Shown piece after piece: positions 10,869 to 20,421 of a stretch of 64,000 nucleotides of DNA; the stretch's first letter is position 1, and the number at the start of each line of letters is the position of its first letter. Origin of the DNA: an uncultured delta proteobacterium. Lineage in GTDB: Bacteria > Myxococcota_A > Polyangia > Polyangiales > Polyangiaceae. The notes beneath the pieces were generated by a model. The model saw nothing but the letters and a program-made list of their open reading frames with translations. It was not told where the DNA came from and did no database searches. The stretch spans positions 5,504,001-5,568,000 of the forward strand of contig CAWDXG010000004.1 of assembly GCA_963806225.1 (NCBI GenBank). The letters are read 5' to 3'. Made by a program: the position numbers and the translations under genes.

Positions 10869-11888
10869 ATGTTCCGCCGAAGTCTGTTCCTTCTGTGTGG
10901 AGCGCTGGTCGTGGCCTGCAACGGGATCTCGGAGCCGAAGTCCCGGCCGGCGCCGCGCGCCGCCGCTCCCGCCAGCGTGAGCGCTGCCCCCGTACCATCC
11001 GCTGCTCCCGCGGAGTCGACCGCGCCGCCCTCCACCGACGCCGGATCCGGCGACGCGGCCGTCGCCGACGCCGCGCCGGAAGCCGCCACCCACGCCGACA
11101 TCCCGCCGGACATGCTGCCCGTCCCGGGCGGCACGTTCATCATGGGCGCGGACGAAGGCGGCGAGAAGGACGAGCATCCCGCGCACAAGGTCACCATCAA
11201 GGGCTTTCTGCTCGACAAGACCGAGGTCACCAACGAGGCGTATATGGAGTGCGTTCACGCCAAGGTGTGCCGCATGTACCGCACCGACGCGGCGGTGCGC
11301 TTCCACGCCGGGCCGGACTCGGCGTTCCGTCACCCGAAGCAGCCGGTGTCGGCCGTGAGCTGGCAGGACGCCGAGACGTACTGCAAGTGGCGCGGCAAGC
11401 GACTGCCGACCGAAGCGGAGTGGGAGCACGCCGCGCGCGGCACGGACGGCCGCAAGTATCCATGGGGAAATCACCCGCCGGACCACACCGACGGCTGCTT
11501 CTCCGGCGGCCCGCCGCCCTGCGCCGGAACGACGGCGCCCGTTGGATCCTATCCCGCCGGCGCCGGGCCGTACGGCCACCTGGATCTGGCTGGCAACGTC
11601 TGGGAGTGGACCGCGACGTACTACGACCCGTACGCCTACAGGCGCCCCAGCGCCGACAAGGGGATCCCCGGTACCTGTCCGGAGATCAAGCAGACGCAGG
11701 ACTGGCTGCGCAAACACAACAAGCAGGGCTTCACCGGGTCCAATCCCATCCCCACCATCTGCGATCGCGTGCTGCGCGGCGGCGCGTACAACTACTTCCC
11801 GAAGGGCCTGCGCTCGAGCAACCGCGTGCACCACCCGGGGCGCTTCCGCATCCTCGTGGCGGGCTTCCGCTGCGCGAAGGATAGATGA
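10869..11888 (+). CDS. Formylglycine-generating enzyme (SUMF1/FGE-sulfatase) domain lipoprotein
   Basis: Lipobox VVAC; FIMG, EVTN, KRLPTEAEWEHAARG, DLAGNVWEW, RGG, GFRCA motifs. Confidence 0.9.
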   Translation: MFRRSLFLLCGALVVACNGISEPKSRPAPRAAAPASVSAAPVPSAAPAESTAPPSTDAGSGDAAVADAAPEAATHADIPPDMLPVPGGTFIMGADEGGEKDEHPAHKVTIKGFLLDKTEVTNEAYMECVHAKVCRMYRTDAAVRFHAGPDSAFRHPKQPVSAVSWQDAETYCKWRGKRLPTEAEWEHAARGTDGRKYPWGNHPPDHTDGCFSGGPPPCAGTTAPVGSYPAGAGPYGHLDLAGNVWEWTATYYDPYAYRRPSADKGIPGTCPEIKQTQDWLRKHNKQGFTGSNPIPTICDRVLRGGAYNYFPKGLRSSNRVHHPGRFRILVAGFRCAKDR

Positions 11889-11889
11889 G

Positions 11890-13119
11890 TCAGTCCGCGC
11901 CGCTCTCGTCGAGCTTTTCGTCGATGAGAGCCATCAGCTTGCCGATGCGCGCCGGCCAGGAGTGGGTTTCGGCGAGTGCAAGCCGCCGCTCGCGGCCCGT
12001 GTCCGGTTCCGAAAGCGCTTCGCTGCAGCGCTCCACGAACTCTTCCGCCGTGCCGGCGACGCGCACGGCGTCGTAGAACTCCTCGAGCGCCGGCAGCTTC
12101 GAGATGACGACGGGCTTGCCCGTGGCCATGAACTCGAAGAACTTGATGGGGAAAACGGCCCGCGTGTAGTCGTTGATGCGGTAGGGGATCACCGCCAGAT
12201 CGAAGCCGCGTAGATAGCCCGGAAGCTCCGCGTAGTCGCGCCGCCCGAGCAGGTGGACGTTCGGCAGCTCCTCCAGCCGTCGGGTGTCCGTGCCGGGATC
12301 CGCGACGCCGGTCGGCCCGATCAGCACGATGCTCCACCCTGGTCGGGCGCGGGCGAGCGCCAGCACCCACTCCGTGTCGAGCTTGTAGTCGCTGACCGCG
12401 CCGACGAAGCCCACGATCGGTCGCTCGAGCCGCGTGAGCTCCGCCGGCACCTCCGTGGCCGGGTCCATTGCTTTTTTGAAGTGCTCCGCGTCGCCGACGT
12501 TGTGCACCAGATGCGTGTTGCCCGGCTTCAGTGCGCGCTTGGCGTCGTAGAGCGCGCGGCTTGTCGTGAACACGAGATCCGCCTCGCCGCACAGCTCGCG
12601 CTCCCGTCGACTGATCCAGCTCTCGTGTCCCCGGAATTCCGGAAACGCGCTGTACTCGTCCACGCAGTCGTAGACGATGAGCTTGTGCGGCAGCTCCCGC
12701 ACCCGACCCCCGAACCCCGGGTGATACACCCAGATGATGGGATCCAGGATGCGCTCGCGCTCCAGGAAGCGCTTGAGGAGGTGGACGCGCAGGTCGAAGC
12801 TGCCGAACACGCGCAGCGGATTGCCGTGCTGGAAGGGATCGGTGAGCAGCGCCGAGGAGTGGAAGTCGAGCACGGTGACGCCGTCTTCGGTTCGCTCGTA
12901 GGGAGCGAGCAGCATGTCCACGGGGTGCAGCGCGGACCACTTGTCCTGCCGGACCTTGCGCCGGGCCAGCTCCGCCAGCGGCATCGGGCTGAAGTCGACG
13001 TGCAGCACGTGGTGCTGCCGGCCCAGCCGGCTCATGATGTGCTGCTTGTTCGTCCACATGCCGTCGCTCCAGTCCTGGGACGACAGACAGACGATGGTGT
13101 GGCGACGCGACTCGGCCAT
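11890..13119 (-). CDS. GT4-like glycosyltransferase
   Basis: IVYDCVDEY, FPIKFFEFMATGKPVV, HSW motifs of GT-B/GT4 proteins. Confidence 0.88.
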   Translation of the reverse strand: MAESRRHTIVCLSSQDWSDGMWTNKQHIMSRLGRQHHVLHVDFSPMPLAELARRKVRQDKWSALHPVDMLLAPYERTEDGVTVLDFHSSALLTDPFQHGNPLRVFGSFDLRVHLLKRFLERERILDPIIWVYHPGFGGRVRELPHKLIVYDCVDEYSAFPEFRGHESWISRRERELCGEADLVFTTSRALYDAKRALKPGNTHLVHNVGDAEHFKKAMDPATEVPAELTRLERPIVGFVGAVSDYKLDTEWVLALARARPGWSIVLIGPTGVADPGTDTRRLEELPNVHLLGRRDYAELPGYLRGFDLAVIPYRINDYTRAVFPIKFFEFMATGKPVVISKLPALEEFYDAVRVAGTAEEFVERCSEALSEPDTGRERRLALAETHSWPARIGKLMALIDEKLDESGAD

Positions 13120-13272
13120 CCGCGGGGCATCGTAGCCGCGATGGCGCGCCCATCAAACGCCATCCGCTCTTGCACCGGCCCGTCGCCCGGGTAGACTGCG
13201 CCGGTTGTCCGCCGGCAGAGCTTGCGATCACATCCCGCACGCACCCGGCTTCTCACCCGACGAGGCACAGAG

Positions 13273-13839
13273 ATGGGCGAAAAGGAAGCTCTTCCGGTCT
13301 ACATGGATCCCATCGAGTTCTCGCAGCTCCTGGCGATCGTCAACACGCTCGGGCCCAGGCGCTGCCTCGAGTGGGGGAGCGGTGGCAGCACCCGCGCGCT
13401 GCTCGAGCACTGTCCGTTTATCGAACAGTACGTGTCGGTCGAGCACGACGGCGAGTGGCACGAGCAGGTCAAGCAGCGCGTGGAGGACCCGCGACTCGAG
13501 CTCAATCACGTGCCCCCGGACAAGCCGATGTCACCCGGCAAGCACAAGCACGAGGAAGTCGTCGCCTGGGACGCCAGCGGCGAAGTCGACCCCGGGGTGA
13601 TGGCGCACTACGTCGCTTTCCCCGCTACCCTGAACCAACAGTTCGACTTCGTGCTGGTCGACGGCCGGGCGCGATGCTTCTGCCTGAAGGCAGGCTGGGA
13701 GCTGCTCCGGCCAGGCGGAGTGATCGTCCTGCACGACGCGCAGCGCACCCAGTACCACGACGCGGTCCGCGCGCTGGGTCGCGCGGTGTTCCTCGAGCCG
13801 TGGAAGCAAGGGCAGCTCTGCCTCGTGCGCAAGGATTGA
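13273..13839 (+). CDS. Class I SAM-dependent methyltransferase
   Basis: LEWGSGGST, SVEHD, FDFVLVDGRAR, LRPGGVIVLHD motifs; ATG 13273 chosen after GAGG. Confidence 0.8.
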   Translation: MGEKEALPVYMDPIEFSQLLAIVNTLGPRRCLEWGSGGSTRALLEHCPFIEQYVSVEHDGEWHEQVKQRVEDPRLELNHVPPDKPMSPGKHKHEEVVAWDASGEVDPGVMAHYVAFPATLNQQFDFVLVDGRARCFCLKAGWELLRPGGVIVLHDAQRTQYHDAVRALGRAVFLEPWKQGQLCLVRKD

Positions 13840-13888
13840 GCTCCGGGTCCGATCCAGGTCCGGCGCCGTCGACCAGCACAACAGCCCC

Positions 13889-15490
13889 TTGAACACCGAC
13901 CCCACACCCGAGGCCGCGCCGCCAGACGAGGAGGCGGAAGCCGACGCAGGCGGCGCCTCGTCCTCTGCCGGCTCAGGCGGCTCCCCGCCTTCCGGCGACG
14001 GCGCGAAACACGCCCGCCAGGCGGGCATCCTGGTGCTGGGCACGACCCTCGCGACGCTGTCCGGGGTCATCGTTCCGCTGCTGGTCGTGCGCCTCATCGG
14101 CAAGGCCGATGTCGCCGCGCTGATGGCACTGCTGCTCGTCTACGAGACGGTCACGCTGATCGTCACGGCGGGCTTCCCCCAGACCTTGATGTATCACCTG
14201 CCGGCGCGCAGCCTGGCCGAGCGTCGCGCGGTCGCGCGCAAGATCGCCAGCACGCTGATGCTACTCGGCATCGGCGCCGGCGTGCTGCTCACAGGGGTCG
14301 CCGAGTTCGGAAACGCTTTCACGGGCATCTTCGCGCACTCGACCAAGCAGTCGGTGGACCTGCGTCCCGTGCTGGCGCTCGCCGTCATGCCGATCGGGGA
14401 TCTCCCGGCGCGCATGCTGCCGAATCTGCTCGTGGTGGAAAACCGCGCGCGGGCGGCCTCCGTCGTCGGCGTCCTGAGATCCATCGCAAGAACGCTCGCA
14501 ACGCTCGTCCCGCTGGCGCTCGGCTACGGGGTGTGGACGGTCGCAGTCTGCATCACGGTAACCGGGCTGTTGCATGGCCTGGTGGTGGTCTACTTCCTCC
14601 GCGACCTGTATCGCGGAGCGGAGCCCGTCGAGTGCCCGATCAGCCGACGGGAACTGTTCCGCTTCGCCATCCCGCTCGGCACGACGGACGTCGTTTCCAT
14701 GCTCAACAACGGGCTGGATCGCTACCTGATCCTGCTCGCTTTTCCTGCTGCAGCTTTCGCCGACTACCAGGCGGGCGCGTGGCAGGTCCCCGTCATCAGT
14801 TACGTGCCCTACGCCGTGGGGATCGCGTTCGCGCCGCGCTTCGTCGAGCTCTTCAAGGCGAAGAAGCCGCGGGAAGCACTCGCGATCTGGCAGCACTCGA
14901 TCGAGAAAGTCAGCCTGATCGTGCTGCCGGCGACAGCGGTCTTCGTTGTCGGCGCGGAAGAGTTGATGCAGCTGCTCTTCACTCATGCCTACATCGGCGC
15001 TGCGCCGGTATTCCGTCTGTATTCCATCCTGACGCTCGGGCGTGTGGCGGCCTTCGGCAACGTCATCGTCGCGGCCGGCAGGCCCCGCTATGTGCTGCAG
15101 GCCGCCGTGCTCTCGCTGGGCTCGAACCTGCTGATCAGCGTGCCGCTGGTGTTCACGCTCGGCTTCACGGGACCAGCGCTCGGGACCGTGCTGGCGTTCA
15201 TCCCGACGGTGCTCTTCTACTGCTGGTGCATCGGCCGCGCGTCGGACGTTCCGATGCGGGAAGTGTTCCCGCTCAAGCGCTACGGCCGCGTGCTGCTGTT
15301 GTGCGCGGTGGCGGCCGTCCCGGCCGCTCTGTTCAAGCTCGAGATCCACGCTTCCGTAGGGCTGAAGCTGCTCGGCGAAGCGGTGCTTCTGCTCGGAACC
15401 TTCTCGATGCTCGGTACGCTCGCGAAGATCATCGACCGGGACGACTGGGCCTTCGCGTATAACTGGCTCAGGCTGAAGGTGTTGCGCTGA
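13889..15490 (+). CDS. Polysaccharide flippase (Wzx/MOP family)
   Basis: 12-14 hydrophobic segments, RELFRFAIP and LDRYLI motifs, located among glycosyltransferases; start uncertain. Confidence 0.82.
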   Translation: MNTDPTPEAAPPDEEAEADAGGASSSAGSGGSPPSGDGAKHARQAGILVLGTTLATLSGVIVPLLVVRLIGKADVAALMALLLVYETVTLIVTAGFPQTLMYHLPARSLAERRAVARKIASTLMLLGIGAGVLLTGVAEFGNAFTGIFAHSTKQSVDLRPVLALAVMPIGDLPARMLPNLLVVENRARAASVVGVLRSIARTLATLVPLALGYGVWTVAVCITVTGLLHGLVVVYFLRDLYRGAEPVECPISRRELFRFAIPLGTTDVVSMLNNGLDRYLILLAFPAAAFADYQAGAWQVPVISYVPYAVGIAFAPRFVELFKAKKPREALAIWQHSIEKVSLIVLPATAVFVVGAEELMQLLFTHAYIGAAPVFRLYSILTLGRVAAFGNVIVAAGRPRYVLQAAVLSLGSNLLISVPLVFTLGFTGPALGTVLAFIPTVLFYCWCIGRASDVPMREVFPLKRYGRVLLLCAVAAVPAALFKLEIHASVGLKLLGEAVLLLGTFSMLGTLAKIIDRDDWAFAYNWLRLKVLR

Positions 15491-15494
15491 GCGC

Positions 15495-16187
15495 TCATCC
15501 GTGGATGAACGAGAATTCGTGTCCGCTGTCGGATGCGTCGAAGATGTGGTAGCCGGCGCGGTTGAGCTCTGCGATGGCGCGCTCCGTCCGCAGCAGCGGA
15601 ACTCCCGGCAGGTGGTGGTGGAACTCCATCAGGAGCTGTCGGATTGGGATGCCGGACGCGAGCAGGTCGTCGATGACGCCGTACTCGGCGCCCTCGATAT
15701 CCATCTTCAGCACGTCGATGTGTTCGTGGCCGAGCTCGCGCGCAATCGTCGATAGCCGTCGCACCTCGACCTTCACCGTCTCCCGCGTAGCCCCCTCGCG
15801 GGGCAGGAGCGTGTGCGAGATGTGCTCGGGGTTTTCCGGGGGTGTGAAGCTCGCCGTTCCGTCGTAGTCGGCCAGCCCGTACTCGTGGAGCACCAGACCC
15901 GTCACGTCCTGCGCGCGCACCCACTCGATCGAGCGCGGCGTTGGGTCGAAGGCGTGGATGGTGACGCCGAAGCGCTCGATCATCGCCAGGTCGAAAGACA
16001 CGTCCTCGCCGATGCCGAAGGAGTAGACGACGCTCCCGGCGTCGAGGCCCTCGGGGCAGACGAAGTAGCCGCCGTAGTCGTTGCCCATGCGGAGCATGGA
16101 CTTCTCCGCCTGGACGCCCTGCCAGGGCTTGCCGGCCAGGCGGCGACGGACCGAGCCCGCCGTCCTTCTCAGCGCGCGGGTGACCAT
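15495..16187 (-). CDS. FkbM-family methyltransferase
   Basis: VYSFGIGEDVSFD, HAFDPTP, IDVLKMDIEGAEY, EFHH motifs; start could also be ATG 16244. Confidence 0.85.
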   Translation of the reverse strand: MVTRALRRTAGSVRRRLAGKPWQGVQAEKSMLRMGNDYGGYFVCPEGLDAGSVVYSFGIGEDVSFDLAMIERFGVTIHAFDPTPRSIEWVRAQDVTGLVLHEYGLADYDGTASFTPPENPEHISHTLLPREGATRETVKVEVRRLSTIARELGHEHIDVLKMDIEGAEYGVIDDLLASGIPIRQLLMEFHHHLPGVPLLRTERAIAELNRAGYHIFDASDSGHEFSFIHG

Positions 16188-16378
16188 GGTGCTGTCCTCC
16201 TCGGCCCAACCGATCGCCGGGGCTCCGCTGGCGATGGCCTGCATCGTATCATCCTCTGGACTTTGGCTTGCGCGCGCATGGATGCAAGGCTCTGCTCCCG
16301 ACGGGTGCCGGCCCGGGCCGCCCGCCCTCGATGGATAACCCGAAAAGCGACGCCCCTGCCAGCTCTCCACCAGCCCCG

Positions 16379-17326
16379 ATGTCCAGCTCCAGCGATCGCA
16401 TCCCGCTGACGATCGTCCACTACGGCAGGACGGATCCGCGCGTCCAGACCGGCGGCGTCGAGACGTTCGCCCGCAATCTCGGCCTGGCCTTCCGCGAGGT
16501 GCTCTTCATGACACCGGGCTCGCAGGACGTTCAGCTCGTCCGCCGCCGCCGGTTGGTCGTCATCTGCGACAACCACACGGTACTGGATTGGCCGGCGGAC
16601 ATCCCGGTGATCGGCTTCCAGCACGGCGTCGCCGCCCGCAAGGTGCTGGTGACGCGCTCGCTCGGCGATCTCGAGCTGGCGTGGCTGCAACGCCGCGCGG
16701 CGCGCCGCCCGCGCACGCTGTGGGTCGCCTGCGCCGAGTGGATCAGCGACACCTTCGCGCGCCTGCACGGAAACCGCGCCTCGCATGTCGTCTACCATCC
16801 CGTCGATCTCGGGCGCTTCGATGGGCAGCTCGACAACGAGGGCTCGCGGCTGGTGCTGCACGACGCGCGCTCGCTGCACAAGGGCAGCCGCCAGCTCCCC
16901 GTTCTGGAGCGGGCCCTGCCCGACTGGCGATTCGAACCGCTTGCCTGCCGTCCCGAAGAGGTCCCCGACCGTATGCGCAAGGCGCGCGCGTTCGTCCATC
17001 TCAGTCGCTACGAGGGCAACAGCATCGTCTGCAACGAAGCCATGGCCATGGACCTGCCCTGTCTCTTCACGCGCGTGGGGCTCATGCTCGACCGGCGCTG
17101 GAACTTCGATGTGCAGGTGCTGCCGCCGCGCGCGGCGTTCGGTGCTCCGCGCCGGCTGGTGCACGAGGTGGACGCATTTCTCGACACGCTCGATCGGCGC
17201 GAGTACCACCCCCGCCGCTGGGCTCTGGAACACGCGAGCCACGAGGCCAACCTGCAGAGCTGGTCGGCAGTCGTGGAGGATTTCTCGCAGATGAGCGGCT
17301 GGAAGCCGGGGGAGAGCGCCGCGTGA
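16379..17326 (+). CDS. Divergent GT-B glycosyltransferase
   Basis: GGVETF near the N-terminus; SRYEGNSIVCNEAMAMDLP matches the GT4 EX7E motif; stop overlaps galE start. Confidence 0.75.
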   Translation: MSSSSDRIPLTIVHYGRTDPRVQTGGVETFARNLGLAFREVLFMTPGSQDVQLVRRRRLVVICDNHTVLDWPADIPVIGFQHGVAARKVLVTRSLGDLELAWLQRRAARRPRTLWVACAEWISDTFARLHGNRASHVVYHPVDLGRFDGQLDNEGSRLVLHDARSLHKGSRQLPVLERALPDWRFEPLACRPEEVPDRMRKARAFVHLSRYEGNSIVCNEAMAMDLPCLFTRVGLMLDRRWNFDVQVLPPRAAFGAPRRLVHEVDAFLDTLDRREYHPRRWALEHASHEANLQSWSAVVEDFSQMSGWKPGESAA

Positions 17327-18312
17327 GCCAGGCTGTGTTGGTGACGGGGGGAGCCGGCTACGTTGGCAGCCAGGCAGCGGACGCGCTGCTCCGCGCAGGC
17401 CATCGCGTCGTCGTGCTCGACAGCCTGCTGACGGGCCATCGCGCTGCCGTGCCCGAAGGCGCGCGCTTCGTCGAGCTGGATCTGGCGGATGACGGCGGCG
17501 TCGAGTCGCTGTTCGCCGGGGAGCACTTCGATGCCGTGATGCACTTCGCCGCGCGCTCGCTGGTGCCCGAGTCCATGCGCGATCCCTTCCTGTACCTCGG
17601 CGACAACGTTTCGAACGCGGTGGTTCTACTGCGCGCCGCCGTGCGGCATCGGGTCGGGCGTTTCGTTCTTTCCTCGACCGCGAATCTTTTTGGCGAGCCC
17701 ACCCGCATCCCGATCGACGAGAGCGAGCCGCTTGTTCCCGGCAGCCCCTACGGCGAGTCCAAGTTCGTGATCGAGCGCATGCTCCATTGGTGCGAACGCA
17801 TCCACGGGCTTCGCTTCGCGACCCTGCGCTACTTCAACGCCGCCGGGGCGGACCCGGGCGGCGCCCGCGGCGAGGATCACTCGCCCGAGACGCACCTCAT
17901 TCCGATCGTGCTGGAAGTGGCTCTGGGCAAGCGCCCGAGCGTGACCGTGTTCGGCGATGACTACGACACGCCGGACGGAACCTGCGTGCGCGACTACGTC
18001 CACGTGGAGGACCTGGCTTCGGCGCATGTGCGTGCGCTCGACGCTCTGGAGGGGCAGAGCCTCGCGCTGAATCTCGGCAGCGGTCGGGGCTACTCGGTGC
18101 TCGAGGTGATCGAGACGGCGCGCCGCATCACGGGACACCCTATCCCGCTCGTGCGGGGCGAGCGTCGCGCGGGTGATCCCGCGACGCTGGTGGCGGATCC
18201 CGGGCGCGCCCAGCGCGAGCTCGGCTGGAAGACCCGCCACAGCGACCTCGAGACCATCATCGAGAGCGCCTGGCGCTGGCACCAGGCGCATCCGCGCGGC
18301 TACGACGGCTGA
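17323..18312 (+). CDS. galE: UDP-glucose 4-epimerase
   Basis: VTGGAGYVGS, HFAA, PYGESK, LRYFNAAGA, DGTCVRDYVHVEDLA motifs. Confidence 0.93.
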   Translation: MSQAVLVTGGAGYVGSQAADALLRAGHRVVVLDSLLTGHRAAVPEGARFVELDLADDGGVESLFAGEHFDAVMHFAARSLVPESMRDPFLYLGDNVSNAVVLLRAAVRHRVGRFVLSSTANLFGEPTRIPIDESEPLVPGSPYGESKFVIERMLHWCERIHGLRFATLRYFNAAGADPGGARGEDHSPETHLIPIVLEVALGKRPSVTVFGDDYDTPDGTCVRDYVHVEDLASAHVRALDALEGQSLALNLGSGRGYSVLEVIETARRITGHPIPLVRGERRAGDPATLVADPGRAQRELGWKTRHSDLETIIESAWRWHQAHPRGYDG

Positions 18313-19448
18313 GCTTCTTCGAGGAACGGCCCGAGCCTGCGTCGCTCGAGCTCGGCGGTCATCAGCTTCTGGAAGCGGCGGTTCTGCAACACGGCCATCA
18401 CGACCATGCCGAAGTAGCCGCGGGGCAGCTTCGGGCTCTCGTCGAAGTGGCGGAGCTGCTGGTAGGGGCGCGAGGCGTGGGCGTGGTGGTCGGCGTGGCG
18501 CGACAGGCCGACCAGCGTGTAGAGCGAAAACCACGACTCGGTGTCCCACGAGTCGAGCGGCTGCACCTTGCGGCCGCTGCGCACGAGGCCCCAGTGCTCG
18601 AAGTAGTTCACGGCTTCGAGCAGCCTGACGGCGCCCAGCGCCTGCAGCAGGAACACGACCAGTGCGGCCGGGCCGAATGCGATGCCCAGGGTGGCCGCGA
18701 GCGACACTTCCGCGACGACGCCGTGCAGGACGCGGCTTTTCAAGATGCGCCGGTCGTGCCACTTCATGTCCACGTCCCCGAGCCGCCTGGTCTCGAGCCG
18801 CCACGCACTGCGGAACTGGGCGGGCACGCTGCGCCGCCAGAACTGGCGATAGCTCTCGCCGAAACGCGCCGTGGCCGGATCCTCCGGCGTGCCGACCCGG
18901 ACGTGGTGGCCGCGCACGTGCTCCGTGAAGAAGTGCTCGTACATCACCGTGCACAGGAGCAGCCGTCCCACGAGCTGTAGGCGCTTGTCGCGGCGGTGGA
19001 CCAGCTCGTGGCCGACGACGATGGCCGAGTAGCCCGAGTTGACGCCCACCAGCAGCGCCGCGATCAGCGCATCGGCGGACCACAACCCGGACAGCGAGAT
19101 CAGCCGCGCCGTGAGCACGATGTTCGCGACCTGCAGCCCGACCAGTGCGATCAGCACCCCGTCGAAGGGCCAGCTGGGCAGCGCGGGGTCCGGCTGCCGC
19201 CGCGCCGGACCGGAGCGGGTGTCGATCATGACGCTGGCAATGACCACGCCGAACCACGGCAGCGCCGTGTACCAACGGTGCGGGCCGGTCAGCGCAAAGC
19301 CCAGCGTGGTGAGCGGCAGCACGAAGCACGCGAGATGCCGGAGCCACAGCCTGGACGCCGACAGCGGTCGCGCAGAGTCCGCTGCCGGGCCCGGCAGGTT
19401 CCACCCGGAGCCGGCCCGGGCCGTCACTCGGTCACCTCGCCAGGACAC
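18300..19448 (-). CDS. Alkane 1-monooxygenase (AlkB-like) membrane di-iron enzyme
   Basis: His boxes HELVH, EHVRGHH, NYFEHWG, RHADHHA plus DPATARFGES and PKLPRGY, matching the AlkB pattern. Confidence 0.85.
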   Translation of the reverse strand: MSWRGDRVTARAGSGWNLPGPAADSARPLSASRLWLRHLACFVLPLTTLGFALTGPHRWYTALPWFGVVIASVMIDTRSGPARRQPDPALPSWPFDGVLIALVGLQVANIVLTARLISLSGLWSADALIAALLVGVNSGYSAIVVGHELVHRRDKRLQLVGRLLLCTVMYEHFFTEHVRGHHVRVGTPEDPATARFGESYRQFWRRSVPAQFRSAWRLETRRLGDVDMKWHDRRILKSRVLHGVVAEVSLAATLGIAFGPAALVVFLLQALGAVRLLEAVNYFEHWGLVRSGRKVQPLDSWDTESWFSLYTLVGLSRHADHHAHASRPYQQLRHFDESPKLPRGYFGMVVMAVLQNRRFQKLMTAELERRRLGPFLEEAQPS

Positions 19449-19450
19449 TC

Positions 19451-19502
19451 ACATACGAATCCGTATGTCATGCCCCCAGTTTCTACATACGATGACGTAT
19501 GT
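19451..19502. promoter_or_regulatory. Tandem palindromic operators ACATACG-N4-CGTATGT (likely TetR sites)
   Basis: ACATACGAATCCGTATGT (19451-19468) and ACATACGATGACGTATGT (19485-19502) between the divergent AlkB-like and TetR genes; the second overlaps a minus-strand TTGACA (19500-19505). Confidence 0.8.
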
Positions 19503-19613
19503 CAAGAGCGAACCGCGGCCGGTGCACAGAAGGCGGCTCGACCCCGGACACAATCCGGCTGTTTCCGCCGACAGCCCGGCAGAATCGCTGCGACGGTGGT
19601 ATTCGTCGAGAAG

Positions 19614-20264
19614 ATGTCCGGCTCTTCATCGTCGCGTCGCGCCGCCTCCGATCCGGACGCCAAGGCGCCGGGATCGCGCCGCCGGGGCTCGCGCGAGCAG
19701 TCGAAGCAGGAGACGCGCGAGGCGCTGGTGGACGCGGCGATGGCGGCCTTCAGCGAGCAGGGGCTGGAGGCGCCGAGCCTGGACGCCATCTGCGCCCGCG
19801 CCGGCTACACCCGCGGCGCGTTCTACGTGCACTTCAAGGATCGCGACGACCTGATCGCGGCAGTGATGGAGCGGCTGCTGCGCGGCCTGCTGGATGCCAT
19901 CATCGCCACCGGTGACGCGGCGCTCGATCTGGAGCGCACCATCCGCGTGTTCGCCCAGGCTGCCGAGCAGCACGTCCTGCCGATCCAGGGCTCCGTGTCG
20001 TCCTACCAGTTCATGCAGGCGTGTTCGCGCTCGCCGGCGCTGCGCGAGCGCTACCTCGCCGTTCTGGACGAAGCCGTGCGGCGCGTAGCGCACGCGGCGC
20101 GTGAAGGGCAGGAAGCCGGCACGGTGCGCGGCAACGTCGATCCCGACCAGATCGGCGCGGTGCTCGTCGCGGTCGTGCTTGGCGTCGACCAGATGGATCA
20201 GGTCGGCTACCCGTACCAGCCGCGCCTGGCCGCGGAAGCACTGCTCACGATGCTCCGTCCCTGA
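19614..20264 (+). CDS. TetR/AcrR-family transcriptional regulator
   Basis: N-terminal HTH: TREALVDAA...FSEQG...SLDAICARAGYTRGAFYVHFKDRDDL. Confidence 0.92.
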   Translation: MSGSSSSRRAASDPDAKAPGSRRRGSREQSKQETREALVDAAMAAFSEQGLEAPSLDAICARAGYTRGAFYVHFKDRDDLIAAVMERLLRGLLDAIIATGDAALDLERTIRVFAQAAEQHVLPIQGSVSSYQFMQACSRSPALRERYLAVLDEAVRRVAHAAREGQEAGTVRGNVDPDQIGAVLVAVVLGVDQMDQVGYPYQPRLAAEALLTMLRP

Positions 20265-20421
20265 GACTCCACTTGCTTGCTGTCATCCCGGTCCGCTACC
20301 GCAACACGATCGAACGGCTCGAAATCGTGGAGGTCCGATTGAAGTGCCGGTCCGGTCACGCTAAATTCATGGTCGGGCGGCTTCGTCCGCCCATCCTTTT
20401 GTCAACTTGAGGAGACCCGCA

